Origin: Takakia lepidozioides
Lineage: Eukaryota > Plantae > Bryophyta
Length of the DNA: 64,000 nt
Assembly: GCA_030704615.1 (NCBI GenBank)
Contig: CM060731.1
Coordinates: 53,134,001-53,198,000, forward strand
Direction: 5' to 3'
This document shows, piece by piece, positions 13,325-25,450 of this stretch. A program made the position numbers and the translations under genes. Position 1 is the first letter of the stretch. The number at the start of each line of letters is the position of its first letter. The notes beneath the pieces were generated by a model. The model ran no database searches, was not told the origin of the DNA, and saw only the letters and a program-made list of their open reading frames with translations.

Positions 13325-15107
13325 ATGGCTGCTCAGCAGCCCACTTGGGGTTTTCACAGAAAAATCCAAGATACCCAGACTTCAGACATAAGCGCACAAA
13401 GGAGGCCCTTTGGTTTGACAGGTTGGTTGAACCCATCTTGGGTGAAAGCACCGTTAGCTGCAATGGTACAAGTTGGAGCACTGTCTGGTGATGGTTCTAA
13501 TGTACATTTGCAACGTGGAGCTCCAGGCCAAGAATACAATGGGTATATGACTGCAGTAGTTTTGTAACCCATCAATATGTACCAAAAACGCTGACCATGA
13601 GGGAGACTTTTGTTTAAAGTATGTGGGAACTTCAACATGTACTGTTTGTGTTTCAACTGGAAGTTTGTAACTAAAAGGTTTGAGTGACAGGTTGGCGGGA
13701 TCGAAAAAGGCACGATTGTATGATGGACAAAAAAACGATGGTGGGAGCAACACCTTCCCCTTCACTGAAAGAGGATCGAGAGAGGGAATGAACAAGAACG
13801 CTTCTGGCACTCGTGAGGATGTGCGGATGCTATGTAAGGCAGGACGACTAAACGATGTGCTGCATATGTTAAAGCAAGTAGACATTCAGGTAGACTATTA
13901 TACTTATATTTGTCTCTTGCGGGCATGCATCAACATGAAAGACCTAGCAAAGGGGAAGCAGGTGCACACCCACATTGTAGAAAGTGGATTCAAGCCAAAC
14001 ATCGTTCTACTGAACACCCTTGTCAACATGTACACCAAGTGCGGGAGCATGGTGGATGCACGGCTAGTGTTTGATAAAATGCCTGAACGGGATATGTTTA
14101 CTTGGACTATAATGATGGCAGGATATGCTAACCATGGGCATGCTAAGGAGGCTTTCCAGATCTATGAGAGAATGCAAGGGGAAGGGGTGACACCCGACAG
14201 GGTCACATTCATTTGTGTTCTCAATGCATGTGCCAACCTAGGATCTGTCGAAAAGGGCAAAGAGGTCCATGCTGACATTATCAAAGCTGGAATTGCATCA
14301 TACATTAATCTGGAGACAGCCCTTGTTGGCATGTATGCAAAATGTGGGAGTATTAAGGATGCACGCCAAGTGTTTGACAATATGGCTAGACAAGATGTGG
14401 TCTCATGGAGTGCAATGATCGCAGGTTATGCTCAACAACGGTGTAGTAAGGAGGCTTTGGACATCTACAAGCAAATGCAACAGGAAGGGGTGACACCCGA
14501 CAGGGTCACGTTCATTTCTGTTCTCAATGCATGTGCCAACCTAGGAGCCCTGGAAAAAGGCAAAGAGGTCCACGCAGACATTATTAAAGCTGGGATTGCA
14601 TCATATGTTAATTTGCAGAATAGCCTACTTGACATGTATTGCAAATGTGGGAGTATCATGGGTGCTCGTGAAGTGTTCAATAAAATGGCTAAACGAGATG
14701 TGATCTCATGGAGTGCGATGATTACTGGATGTGCCCAGCAAGGGCATGGTAGGGAGGCCCTGGAGTTATTTGAGAACATGCAACAGGAAGGCTTGAAGCC
14801 AAACAGTATCACCTTTCTATCTGTTCTCTCTGCATGTAGCCATGTAGGCCTAGTGGATGAAGGCTGCAAATACTTTGATTCCATGAGTCGAGATCATGGC
14901 CTCACACCTACAGTGCAGCATTTTGGCTGCATGATAGACCTTCTCGGGCGAGCAGGGCGATTGGATGAAGCAGAGGACGTCATTATGAAAATGCCCATGA
15001 AACCAGATGCTTCAGTGTGGGGTGCCTTGCTTGGTGCCTGCAGAATTCATGGCTACGTGCGTCTAGCAGAACGTGCTGCAAAAGGTATTCTGGAGTGTGA
15101 TTCATAG
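13325..15107 (+). CDS. PLS-class pentatricopeptide repeat protein (organellar RNA-editing-factor type), truncated in the E domain
   Basis: ORF 13680-15107 has P-L-S triplets (NTLVNMYTKCGS..ARLVFDKM..DMFTWTIMMAGY..) and ends with HFGCMIDLLGRAGRLDEA..SVWGALLGACRIHG. A putative first exon 13325-13542 joins in phase (GG|G) to the acceptor at 13691; this join is less certain than the PPR tract. Confidence 0.88.
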
Positions 15108-15590
15108 GAACCTTGCAGATTATATTCTGCTATTGAGCATTTATGCTGCGGCTGGTAGGTGCGATGCCAAAGCAAAGGTGGAGAAAAATGATGAAGGACA
15201 GGTGTCAGGAAAGAAGCAGGGCGCAGCTGCATTCAGTGCCAGGTGCATATTTTTTTGTGTAGGAACAGCCTACACCTGCAAATTGTGAAGCTGAGGAGAC
15301 TGTCTCCATTGATGAAGGATACCGAATATGTGTTCCCAACACAGTCAAGTAGTGCATGATTTGTAGGAGCACAAGGAACTTTCTCCTTCCCATGACATTG
15401 AGAAGTTGGTCATTTGTTTTCGGGTCATCAGCAAGTCCCCTGGGTTTCCTATCTCCCTTATCAAGAACCTTCAGGTGTGTGGTGACTACTACAACATATC
15501 CACCAAGTTCCCCTGAAAGCTCATCAGCGAGCAACTGTAGTTTGTGACGCCAAGCGCCTTCACCATTTGCAAGATGGGGTTTGTTTGTTT
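15105..15590 (+). pseudogene. Decayed E2/E+/DYW deaminase tail of the PPR gene
   Basis: Read across frameshifts and stops: DYILLLSIYAAAGRCD..; VHDL*EHKE..HDIEKLVICFRVISKSPGFPISLIKNLQVCGDYYNISTKF..VCDAKRLHHLQDGVC. This matches the DYW consensus HSEKLAIAFGLISTPPG.PIRIIKNLRVCGDCH..RDANRFHHFKDG.CSC. Confidence 0.85.
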
Positions 15591-16223
15591 GCACTGTCAC
15601 ATTCTACGTGCACAAAAGTATGATCAGCCATCCAATGATACTAAGGAGTGGAAGAGAACTTAGCAAGCCTGCAACTGACGCACTTCTTCAAACGTCTGCC
15701 AAAGCCTCAGAACTACGTCAAGCTGGCTTTCCATCTTCCAAACATTGTAATGTGAATCACATTGTCAAAGACCTGCAATCTGTTGAGTTCCTGCAGTGCT
15801 GGTTAAATTCCAGACCTCATTTGTACACTTGCTGGAAGTACTATCTGCGAGTTATCATCATGCTGTGGTTTGTGACCACATCATTTTGTATTTAATTTTT
15901 TAATCATCATTTTAATTTTGAAGCTCAAGGAAATAGATATGGTGGGAGCCTCCCAACCAATAGCGAGGTAGGAACAGATGCAGTATAGAAGATTGGAAGA
16001 CACGTGTCTTGGCGTCAAATGTGGGGCGGTGGACATGGTGATATGGCGCTGACCAGCCTTCAGCGTTGCCTAATAGGGAGGCCTGAGCCGGTATATAAAG
16101 GAGGGGAGGCAACTCCAACTTACTATTTAAGTGCTCATATAGGACGACTCCTCCAGAAGTGTAAATTATGGTGTCTCATGACCCCAAAGAACTATTGCCT
16201 TCCTGCGGGAAGGTGGACACCTT

Positions 16224-17067
16224 TGTGACACCAATCACTTCCGAGGTGGTATTCGCCCATTAACATTGTCAGCTACAACTTGGTTGTATTTAGGTGCAAA
16301 CTTAGGTGCATCACTTAGGGCCACCAATAAAAACAATGGAAGTATCCGATCGAACAGGTATCATCAATAAAATGTATAATTTTTTATCTCTCGATTGAAG
16401 GTAGAAAGGCTTGGGGGCTGATATACAATCCCAGCCTTGACATACATATTCACCAAGGTTGTCGCGCACCTCACTTCGGTAAGCTCCCTTTAAAGTCATA
16501 GTTACTCGCTTTGATGCGCGCGCCTAATTCCCTAACTGGCCGCCGGGCCAACTCGGAGCTTCGGCTGCTCACTGGGCCCCCTTTACTCCTCCACAAGACC
16601 CTATCCCAATTTGGGCCTGGTGGAAATTCCCTTTGGTCGATGGCAGTCCGGAATAGCTCCCCACACCTTGGTCGCTTTCCGGCTCGCACGCTTATTCACT
16701 AGTTTTTGGTCACCAACGGGCTTGCACCGTTCTCGGGGTTACTACTCCCTATATATACTTCTGTGACTGTCCGCGGGGGTTTCACAAACAACCATGCCAT
16801 TTTATGGCGAACCACCACGAAAACCCTCGATTCCCGGTCATGAGTCGCGGTGAGTCTTGGCCCACCCACCACGGTCCTATTGGACCGTGATGAGTCCCAA
16901 GACTCCCCACGACTCCCACCACAAGGTCTCCGTCCCCATGGTGAGTCCTATGTCACCCCCACTAAGTCCCACTAAGCTAACACCACCCCTCGTGGAACCA
17001 CCCCCACCGCAATTCGGTATGCGGGGCTCCACCTAGTGAGCGTCTCCGCCTCCTTGAGTGCCTTGGG
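16224..17067 (-). mobile_element. Probable distal part of the chromovirus 3' LTR, split off by the DNMT element
   Basis: Rejoins 27323 onward across the TGGG TSD to restore an 11-bp-arm palindrome. The candidate LTR end TGTGACACC at 16224 is a guess. Confidence 0.4.
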
Positions 17068-17257
17068 TGTCGTGCGCATACATATCGCTACACAACTACA
17101 TCGCTGTCCAAAACCACACAACACATGTGCACGCCGCACACTAGTATATCACTAGTCCACCACTAGTCCAGCCACTAGTCCTACCACTAGGCTACAACTA
17201 GTCAGTCACTAAGCTGCCACTATGCTGCCCACTATGGCAGTCACTAGTCCACACAAT
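17068..17257 (-). repeat. Terminal repeat B2 (190 bp)
   Basis: Direct repeat of 17587-17776, same length, about 8 substitutions by eye; rich in CACTAGT units. Confidence 0.95.
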
Positions 17258-17261
17258 AGAT

Positions 17262-17584
17262 AAAGAAGAAGAACACAAGCACAAGCTCATGCGAGCTCAC
17301 AAAACTGAAGCATAAACTCAAGCATATATAAACTCATCACTCAAATACAAGTCAAGCCAAGTGCACCCCACGCCATGGGGAATCCACACTACGGCGCCAT
17401 AGCTAGGCGCGGTGAGGCTCAACTTGAGAAAGATGAGCCTCCCGCGCTTGCCGTGAAGATAACCACTCCAGGGCCTAAATCTGCCTTGACCCCTGGATTG
17501 ACACTTGGGCCAATCCCAAATGTCAATATGTAAAAGCTAGCTATTTCCTAGCTAGTTTCACACTAGTGGTAAAATAACTTGACA
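17262..17584 (-). repeat. Terminal repeat A2 (about 323 bp)
   Basis: Near-identical direct repeat of 26999-27322; begins TGTCAAG on the minus strand; contains a TATATA box and hairpins. Confidence 0.95.
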
Positions 17585-17586
17585 GC

Positions 17587-17776
17587 TGTCGTGCGCATAC
17601 ATATCGCTACACAACTACATTGCTGTCCAAAACCACACAACACATGTGCACGCCACACACTAGTATATCACTAGTCCACCACTAGTCCAACCACTAGTCC
17701 AACCACTAGGCTACAACTAGTTAGTCATTAGGTTGCCACTATGCTGCCCACTATGGCAGTCACTAGTCCACACAAT
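17587..17776 (-). repeat. Internal repeat B1 (190 bp), preceded by a polypurine-tract-like TAGGGGGGCG (17786-17777)
   Basis: Direct repeat of 17068-17257; joined to A2 through GACA-GC-TGTC at 17581-17590. Confidence 0.93.
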
Positions 17777-18034
17777 CGCCCCCCTAGCTGGTGCTTAGGT
17801 CCCTCTAAGTCCAGGTAGCCACAAGATGTGATAGTGACCATAGCCTCACTAAGTCCTCCACCACTGTCCCTACTACACTCAAACTCGATAGATCAAGAGG
17901 CCGGGTGCAAGAGTTGCCCCATGGTTAGTCGCCGTCTTGCAACCTGTGAACTTGAGCCTGGGGTCTCCTGTATTGACTCCTATGAGCTTGGCCTCCCATG
18001 TCTTGTTAACTGCCTCTAGTCATGTCCACTGTCA

Positions 18035-19730
18035 CTATCCCAAGCAGTGTGGATATAACCAATCTCCATCAGGAACCCTCTCAAGAGGTGGTGTCAAGCA
18101 TCCCATATGCCAACCTCTTGAGCATCGATCACACACCAGCATGGTGGCTGCCCCTTTGGTAGACCCACAGAGCATGCACCTCAAACCTGCAGGTACCACT
18201 GTCAAGTTTGGGTCAACTCTGCCATCAACATTGGGAAGGTGGCATGGCGCACAATTACGCACATGGTCTTTCCAAGTCATGCCATCCCGACCCTCCAAGA
18301 TCAGGACTCCTGAGGGCAACACCTCTCGAACCCTCAGAATAACACGCCCTGCAGTAACATCCAGAGTCGTAGGAGCAGTCTGCTGCAAATAAACATAGTC
18401 ACCAGGGCTAAACCTCCGAACCCCAGGATGATATCCTCCACCACGTATAGTGGCATACCTCAACGTATCACGGTGTTGTGCAATGGCAAGGTTCTCAAAA
18501 CCCATGGGCATGACTTTCTTGAACAACTCTGCACGCTGATCACATGCACGTACTCACACGTCCGGATCGTCAAGGTTAAGGACTTGAGCAGTGTCCCTAC
18601 AAATGGCTGCAGGCAATATCCGGCTCTCGGCCAAAGAGAAGGAAATATGGTGAGAAGGAGGCAAATGATGCTTGTTTGTTGAACCTGTAGCCCATGGCTA
18701 ACCAAAGAACCTGAAGATCCCAATCTCATAGGTGTCCCTTCTGCAAGCCATACTTGCGCAAACCCCTCTTCACCGTCTGAACAACTCTATCTGCCAAGCC
18801 ATCGGCCTCAGGATGATCCCGAGAAGTGGTGCGGTGGTCTATCAAGGCTTTATCACACAAAGCCTGAAACTCCCCCAAGAACTCTCTCCCTTGGTCCGTG
18901 AGTACCTCAGCTGAGCACCAAATCGGCTAAGCCCACGATCCAAGAATGCATACGCAGCCCCTTCACTAGCCTTGTCAGGCAATGGAACCAACTCAATCCA
19001 CTTGGAGAAGTGCTCCACCATCACCAACACATATCTGTGGTGGCGCATAGTCAGTGACAACGGTCCTGCGAAGTCAAGACTCCACCTGTAGCCCAATCCC
19101 ATGATTGGTACAGGATGCAATTGTGGTGTAGGGGCGTTGAATGAAGCACGCACCCTGTCACACACCATGCACCTAGCCACGAACTGTTGCAACTCTGTAT
19201 GCATACCACGCCACCAATACTGCCCCTGCAGTAAACTGTGAGTGCGTCGCACTCCAAAATGCCCCAACTCCTCATGGGCATGCCGCACTAACCGTTGCTC
19301 GCTGTGTGGGGTGAGGCACAATCCTCACCCGACCATCCTCCCACACTTGAAGCAGGTGTATCCCCTCCCACTTGAACCTCTTGGCTCGTTGTAGGATCCG
19401 ATCCCTCTCCTTGGCAGTCACACTAGCTGCCGTGTCTCCAGTGCGGAGGTAGTCCAACACAACCAAATCCTCATGTATATCTCTGGCACCACCTGGCTCA
19501 TCACTAGCCTCAGGGTCCTCAGACACTCCGTCTGCAGTCATCCCTGCTGTAGGTCCAACCTGATCTCCTGATGCCAAGATACACAAAAAGGCAGATGCAT
19601 GTCATCCCGGCACCATCTCCTCGTCCGTCTCACCATGCCTTTGAGCTCCAATGTCATCCTACTGGCTCGTGCATGGATTGCGACTCAATCCATCCGCATC
19701 CCTATTGACCAAACCCGGTCGATACACAAC
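18035..19730 (-). pseudogene. RNase H tail, DDE integrase (HHCC + rve core) and C-terminal PHD finger
   Basis: VVYRPGLVNRDADGLSRNP; HEELGHFGVRRT..YWWRGM..CMVC; WSLDFAGP, VLTDQGREF, DHPEADGLAxRVVQTVKRGL; PHD CMLC..MLVCDRCSRGWHMGCLTPPLERVPDGDWLYPHC. Several frameshifts. Confidence 0.9.
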
Positions 19731-20219
19731 CTGAACATGTCTCTCATGCTCCTCCACCGTAGCACGAGAGACAAAGCAATTCCTGTAAGCCTCAGAAACC
19801 GCCGTATACGTCGTCTCTCTCCTCCAGTGAATGGGTCCAATATCAGGCTCCCAATTGTCCTCCGTAACTGCAACCTTCAGTCCAGTAGACTTAGAGGTAG
19901 AGGACGCGTCCCGTGGTTGATATGCCGCAACCTCATGAGCAGTACTCCGTGCCTGCTCAGTCAATGACAAAGCCTCATCCTGCCCCATCATCTCATCCTT
20001 GAGGACCTCCTCAACCCAAGAAAAATCCCCAACCTCATCCATCACAGCCGCCTTGGCTGCCAACTCCCTCTGAACCTCAAGCACCTCCCACATGTGCCAT
20101 GGATGTCTACACCCCGTGGTCTTCACCGGCTCGCCCCCACTCACTGCCTGTACCGTCTTGGTAGGCAGAGAGACCGTCAAGGGAAGTGCACTCTGCATTC
20201 TACGTTGCTCAGCCATAGC

Positions 20220-21170
20220 CAAGCTGATAATCCAGGTCAAGCAATTTAGATCCATTGCTCGCCCCAAAACCTGACGACGTGATGCCTCAGAAAGAGAAGG
20301 CACCGCTGTGGTCCCAGTTGAAAAACCCATAGCCCGCTCTCGCTCGTCGGCATTAGGCTCCACTAACTGCTGCAACTAAGCATCCCACAGGAGGCCAGGT
20401 CCGCTATCCCGGAAAGCATGCGATCCTTGGAAGCTGAGCAGTGTAGGTAGTGCTGCTCGTGGTCGACCCACCTTGTTGACCACTGCCAAAGACGAACGGT
20501 CATCGTGTCTCACACGCTGAGACTGCCTCCCTGTGTCCAAAATGCTATCCACTGTGAGGTGTGCTGGCCGCTGCACCCCATCAAATGCACGCTTAAGCAG
20601 TGCAGGTGACATCAAGTTAGTCCACCATAACCGTGGACGATGAGCCCTTGACCCCACTGCAGCTGCATCCAGCAACACTGCTGACCCAAGCCATGACCGG
20701 ACTTGATGCACACTGGCCATCACCCTGGCCCGAGAATTGCCCATCAGTGGCACATTCTCCAAGATGTATGCTGGAGATACAGCTTGATGAAGCTGTAAGT
20801 GGCGCAAAACCCGCACCATCTCCCAAAACAGACCCGACCTCAAGTCTCGCAATCCATTGCCATGCCCGGCTGATGAATGCCCTTGGCAGGGCCAACCTGC
20901 CACTACCAAATCAATGGAGCCAACCCGCTCCAAATCCTGCGCCCCTAGCAACGAAATGTCTACTGGCAAGGCCTGCTGATATCCACGAACTGCAGACACC
21001 GGCAACAACTCAGGGTACCGCTGCACCAACTGAGCAACATGGCAAAGTGAAACGCGTCGTGCAGTCTCATCCCTCTCCACATACAAGTAACGCCGAACTC
21101 GTACACCTGCCTGTAACACAGCAGCCAATCCGGTGCTGATCCCGCCAAACAAGTCCAGAAGACAAATGCC
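20220..21170 (-). pseudogene. DNMT3-like C5 cytosine methyltransferase domain embedded in pol
   Basis: Motifs in canonical order: I LLDLFGGISTG, II YLYVERD, IV IDLVVAGWPCQGHS, V RSGLFWEMVRVL, VI YILENV, VIII RAHRPRLWWTN, IX ADERERAMGF, X RRQVLGRAMD. One in-frame TAG at 20376-20378. Confidence 0.92.
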
Positions 21171-21539
21171 TTCATCCGGATACTGCCGCACAATAGGTGT
21201 GGTATCCAATAGAAACAACTGAGGTGGTCTTGGTGTAATCCCCATACTCTCTTCCTCTCCTGACGGTACAAAAGCCTCCACCCAGGCTTGTTGCACCCAT
21301 CGATCAGCATCTCGCTGCAAATCTTTGCTCGTGCCCCACAATGGAGTCTGAGCAACCATGGTAGGCAACTCCGCCATACCATATATGTCATCCTGCTCTC
21401 CCGGAGGTGTCACATCCTCTGAATGAGCGTTGCCCTCAAGCAACTCTCCAGACCAATTCACTGCCGCTGTGAATGCTGCTAGTGTCGGCATCTTGCCTCG
21501 CTGGGCAACCGCAACTCCTCCTATGAACGTCACATGGAG

Positions 21540-21980
21540 CTACACATGCCGGCCCTCCCCTGACTGCCATCCAGGCCTATAGGAAGCTGACTCCTCCCAA
21601 AAATCCAGGGTGAAGCCCATGAGGTACAATACTGCCCTACCAACCAGGACATCGTACGAGACCGCGTCTGTCACAATGGTCTTGGCTCGCATCATTGAGC
21701 CATTTGTAGGGTGATCCGGCCGTAGTCTGATAGCCCACTCGTGCCCTGTCATGCCCCGAGCCTGCTCCGATCCTCCCAGAGACGTCTGTATCTGGAAATG
21801 ACAAGGCTCCATATCCGCCTCCGTGAGGCCCAAGCCTGCAATAGCAGCTCTGCCCAGCATCAATGGTTGAGCTCCCGAGTCCAACAAGACCCGCAGTGGC
21901 CGGTACCTCTTGCCTGCCGGTCCACTCAAACAGAAAATGTCATCCTGGTTGTCTACCATGACAACTCCAGGTGTCACCAT
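21540..21980 (-). pseudogene. Retroviral-type aspartic protease
   Basis: VLLDSGAQPLMLG catalytic motif and YDVLVG flap-end motif; in frame with the DNMT across one TAG. Confidence 0.85.
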
Positions 21981-22020
21981 GGCGCGCTCAATGGCTGGCC
22001 TAGCTGGCAGCTGCAGCTTG

Positions 22021-23955
22021 CTATGGCACCGCCGTGGTAGTCTTGACCCTCAAATCTGAGGATCCCTCCGGCACTACACCAGCCACTATCTCCGCAGAAG
22101 ATGAAATAACCTCCCCACTCTCACAGAGTGTAGCTGCCAGCCTGAACACCTCAGCTGGTCTTACCCTCGGCGTCGCAATCATGGTAGCCGAGAACAATGG
22201 AGCCTGACACACAGATGTGGCCGCTCCTAGCAGCACACTAGCTGCCGTAGCCTTGGCAACACTAGGTAGTGATGTTATCCGTGTAGCTCTCCCCAATGAC
22301 GTAGTAACCTCCGCCTTGGTAACAGTCGGGCGAGAACTAGGTGCCATGGATGGCGTCGATACTGTCTCCGCCAATGTAAATGACTGAGGAAGCCTAGCCT
22401 GACGGCTTGCCTCCCCATGCTGTGGATCCAACTCCACCTCTGCACCTCGTGGCTCAAGAACTCGTGCTGCTCCTCGAGTCACGGCTGCAGCAGACTCCGG
22501 CTGCAGCAGACTCCAGCTGCACTAGTGGTAGTGCTGCTCCGCACATGAATCCCATGCCTCCCATATCTCCTCCCTCAGGAGCAGGAGGTGGACCATCCAG
22601 CCTCGGAGCCGGTACCACCTGAGCTGTAGCCATGGCAGCGAGCCTCTGCTCTAGCTGCTGAAGCCGGTTGGCCATGCCTTGGTCAACACCCTGACCTCCG
22701 CGTCCTTGGCCATGTTGAGCTTGCCCTTGGCATACACCCCGTGCCTGGCCACCTCATCCTCTTTGGGCTGCTCCCCCTCGCCCCCGGCCACCATTGTTCC
22801 CTTGGAACTGGCCTGGGCGCAACTCGAGATGCAAACCATAACACTGGGCCTCTCCATGCCCGTGCTTGCCACAATGCCCACACTGCAACTGTGCAGGCTG
22901 TGCATGTGCCGGCCCTTTGCCTCCCTCTAGACAATCCTTCTCGACATGGGGTCCTCCACATGTCCAACACACCACATCCGCCCGTTGTTGGCCTGCAAAT
23001 GAAGGGAGAGACCCCTACATCTGAGGTCCTCTTTGCCCTTCCCTGAGCTTCACCTGAGCCCCCTTATTGCCTTGAGCACGTTGAGGTAGTGGTTGGCTAG
23101 GAGCACCACTACCCCGTGGTGTCTCCTTAGTAAATCCCACCATGATCACTCGTTCCTCCACCATATTGAGCTCTATTCGCTCTGCTAGCAAAAACACATT
23201 TGCTAAGGTGGGTTGGGCCGCTTGTAGGAGAGTTGCATCCCGCACCCTTCTTCTCAGCTCCTTGTCCAATATCCCATACCAGAATTGGACTGCCTGAGCT
23301 TCCGTAACCCCTTGGGTTACATTTATCAAGCGCCTCATGCGAGTGAAAGCCTCCCTCAAGCTCTCAGTAGGCTTCCGTTGGAACTCTTGCAAGCTCCGCA
23401 ACTTCTCTGTCCTCACCCCTTGGTAGTTCCCTCTCAACTTTTCGAAGAACTCCACAACAGGGTTGAAGGCAGGCACGGATATTGGTGCTAGTGTGGTAGT
23501 GGCTTGGGTGGACGTCGTAGCTATGGTACCACCAATCCTACTAGTCCCACTGCTGCTTGCTGAAGCTGCCGGTGCAGCGGCAGGTGTAGCCACTGCCCTC
23601 GTGACTCTAGTGCCCCTAGTGATGGAGACATAGTCGGGTGACCAGTACATCCTCCACTCCTCGATCTCAACCTCATGCCCCCGCCTGAACTCATGGTAAT
23701 CATCCATAGGCGGCCCCTCAAGGTGTTGAAACAGCCCCTTCCATGCCATGAAAGACGTAAATAGTTGTGGATTGCGCATTTGCTGCAAATCACACCAGCT
23801 ATCAAACTCTTGGATAAAATCATCCAACTCGATGGTGCCCACCGCCCCAGAGTACCTTCATGGCCCCTTGGTAGCTCCATACATCTCCTCCATTGTGTCC
23901 CACAACAATGGCAAGGAAACAACTTGCACCGCCGGTATGAGTCATCCTGATTCAC
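22021..23955 (-). pseudogene. gag with two zinc knuckles
   Basis: ELDDFIQEFDSWC..LFQHLEGPPMDDY..LQEFQRKPTESLREAFTRM (retrotrans_gag-like); CWTCGGPHVEKDC and CGHCGKHGHGEAQC; in-frame TAG at 23015 and frameshifts. Confidence 0.82.
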
Positions 23956-24769
23956 AATCCTTCCGTAGAAGATACAAGAGGTGAAGGTGGCCTAAACCGC
24001 ACACCTCGTCTCGTGTATCCACTAGTATCGTTAGTGCTCGAACCAGCACTATCCCCAGCAACTAGTGGCACCTCCGTGTTGACACTCAACCGGTCATAAA
24101 CATGTCCTAACCCCCTCTCCAAAAGGTAACCGGGTAGAGAACCTGTTGCGGCTTATGGTTTGGAATACTAAGTTCCTAACATAGCCTACAACATGTACCT
24201 GCATCCATCGCAAGCACTCCTATGGTTGGCTGGTCATCACCTCCAACCTCACCACAGGAGAAACAATGATGGTCTGGCTGGTCATCACCCTAGCCTCACC
24301 ATCGACAACATGCTCTAGGACTGGCCGGTGATCAAATCCGGACCAATCACCTATAAAAACAAGCGCCCATACAAAACTAGCATGGCACACAGTCAAGCAT
24401 GCAGGTATGGAGGGGATCCAAACACAAGAAATCAGAACAACAACTCCCCCACACCAAAAACAACTCCACGGTGTTGCTCCTGCAAGGACACCCCAGCCCA
24501 AACCTGGACTGACTCTTGCCTCCACCTACGGAAAGGGTCTTGGCCTAATGAGAGGGTGGAAACTACGAGGAAGAGAAGCTAAAGCAATGCCTAACCCCAA
24601 CATGCCCTCATCCCAACACTCTTCATCTCCTCTCTTCCCTCACTTGCATGACCATGGGAATATCATGAAGATACTCCTCCACGAGCTTCAAAATTCGGCC
24701 TTCAAGACCACATGCCAGTCCTTAGGCAGTCCACCAGTGCCTCCACGAGTCAGCATAGGCCGTCCATAG

Positions 24770-25450
24770 GTCAACACAGGCCACCACAGACCAGCACAGG
24801 CCCACACAGCTCACTGGTCACAGCCGTCACAGCCCCACACATGCCACAGCCCTACACATATCACAGGGTCACAGCCCCACAGGCCGCAGCCTGTCACAGC
24901 CCATCACAACCCCAAAGGCCACAGGCACAGCCTGTCACAGCCCTACAAAAGTCACAGGGTCACAGCCCCAAAGGCCACAGCCTGTCACAGCCCCTCATAG
25001 CCCATCACAGCCCCACAGGCCACAGGGCACAGCCTGTCACAGCCCGCCACAACCTGTCACAGCCCCTCACAGCCCGTCACAGCCCCACAGGCCACTGGGC
25101 ACAGCCCGTCACAGCCCCACAGGCCACAGGCCACAGGCCACAGCCTGTCACAGCCCACCACGGCCTGTCACAGTCCCTCACAGCCCGTCACAGCCCCACA
25201 GGCCATAGGGCACAGCCTGTCACAGCCCGCCACAGCCCGTCACAGCCCTACACAGTTCAGAGGGGTCACAGCCCCAAAGGCCACAACCTTTCATAGCCCG
25301 TCACAGCCTGTCACAACCCTACACAGGTCACAGGGGTCACAGCCACAGCCTGTCACACGTCAGAGGGGTCACAGGGCACAGGGCACAGCCTGTCACAACC
25401 CGTCACAGCCCCAAAGGCCACAGGCCACAGGCTGTCACAGCCCCCCACAG
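24770..25450. repeat. Degenerate minisatellite (GTCACAGCC / CCACAGG units) in the element's 5' leader
   Basis: Dozens of CACAGCC-type units visible directly. Confidence 0.9.

Noticed and set aside
17150-17250. Repeated CACTAGT units suggesting CACTA termini or a CRISPR-like array
   Set aside because: Internal microrepeats of repeat B; no unique spacers and no TIR pair.
17068-17584. A2+B2 as an ordinary 517-bp 3' LTR
   Set aside because: The 5' end has A only, and the PPT-like tract precedes B1 rather than A2, so a standard two-LTR model does not fit this copy. It needs other copies to exclude fully.
20220-21170. Host DNMT3/DRM gene, or a bacterial restriction-modification contaminant
   Set aside because: Intronless, in frame with a retroviral protease, inside TSD-bounded termini, repeated in a second element copy, and surrounded by spliced plant genes.
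24712-25296. 194-aa H/S/P/Q-rich ORF
   Set aside because: Translation of the minisatellite, antisense to the element; no domain.
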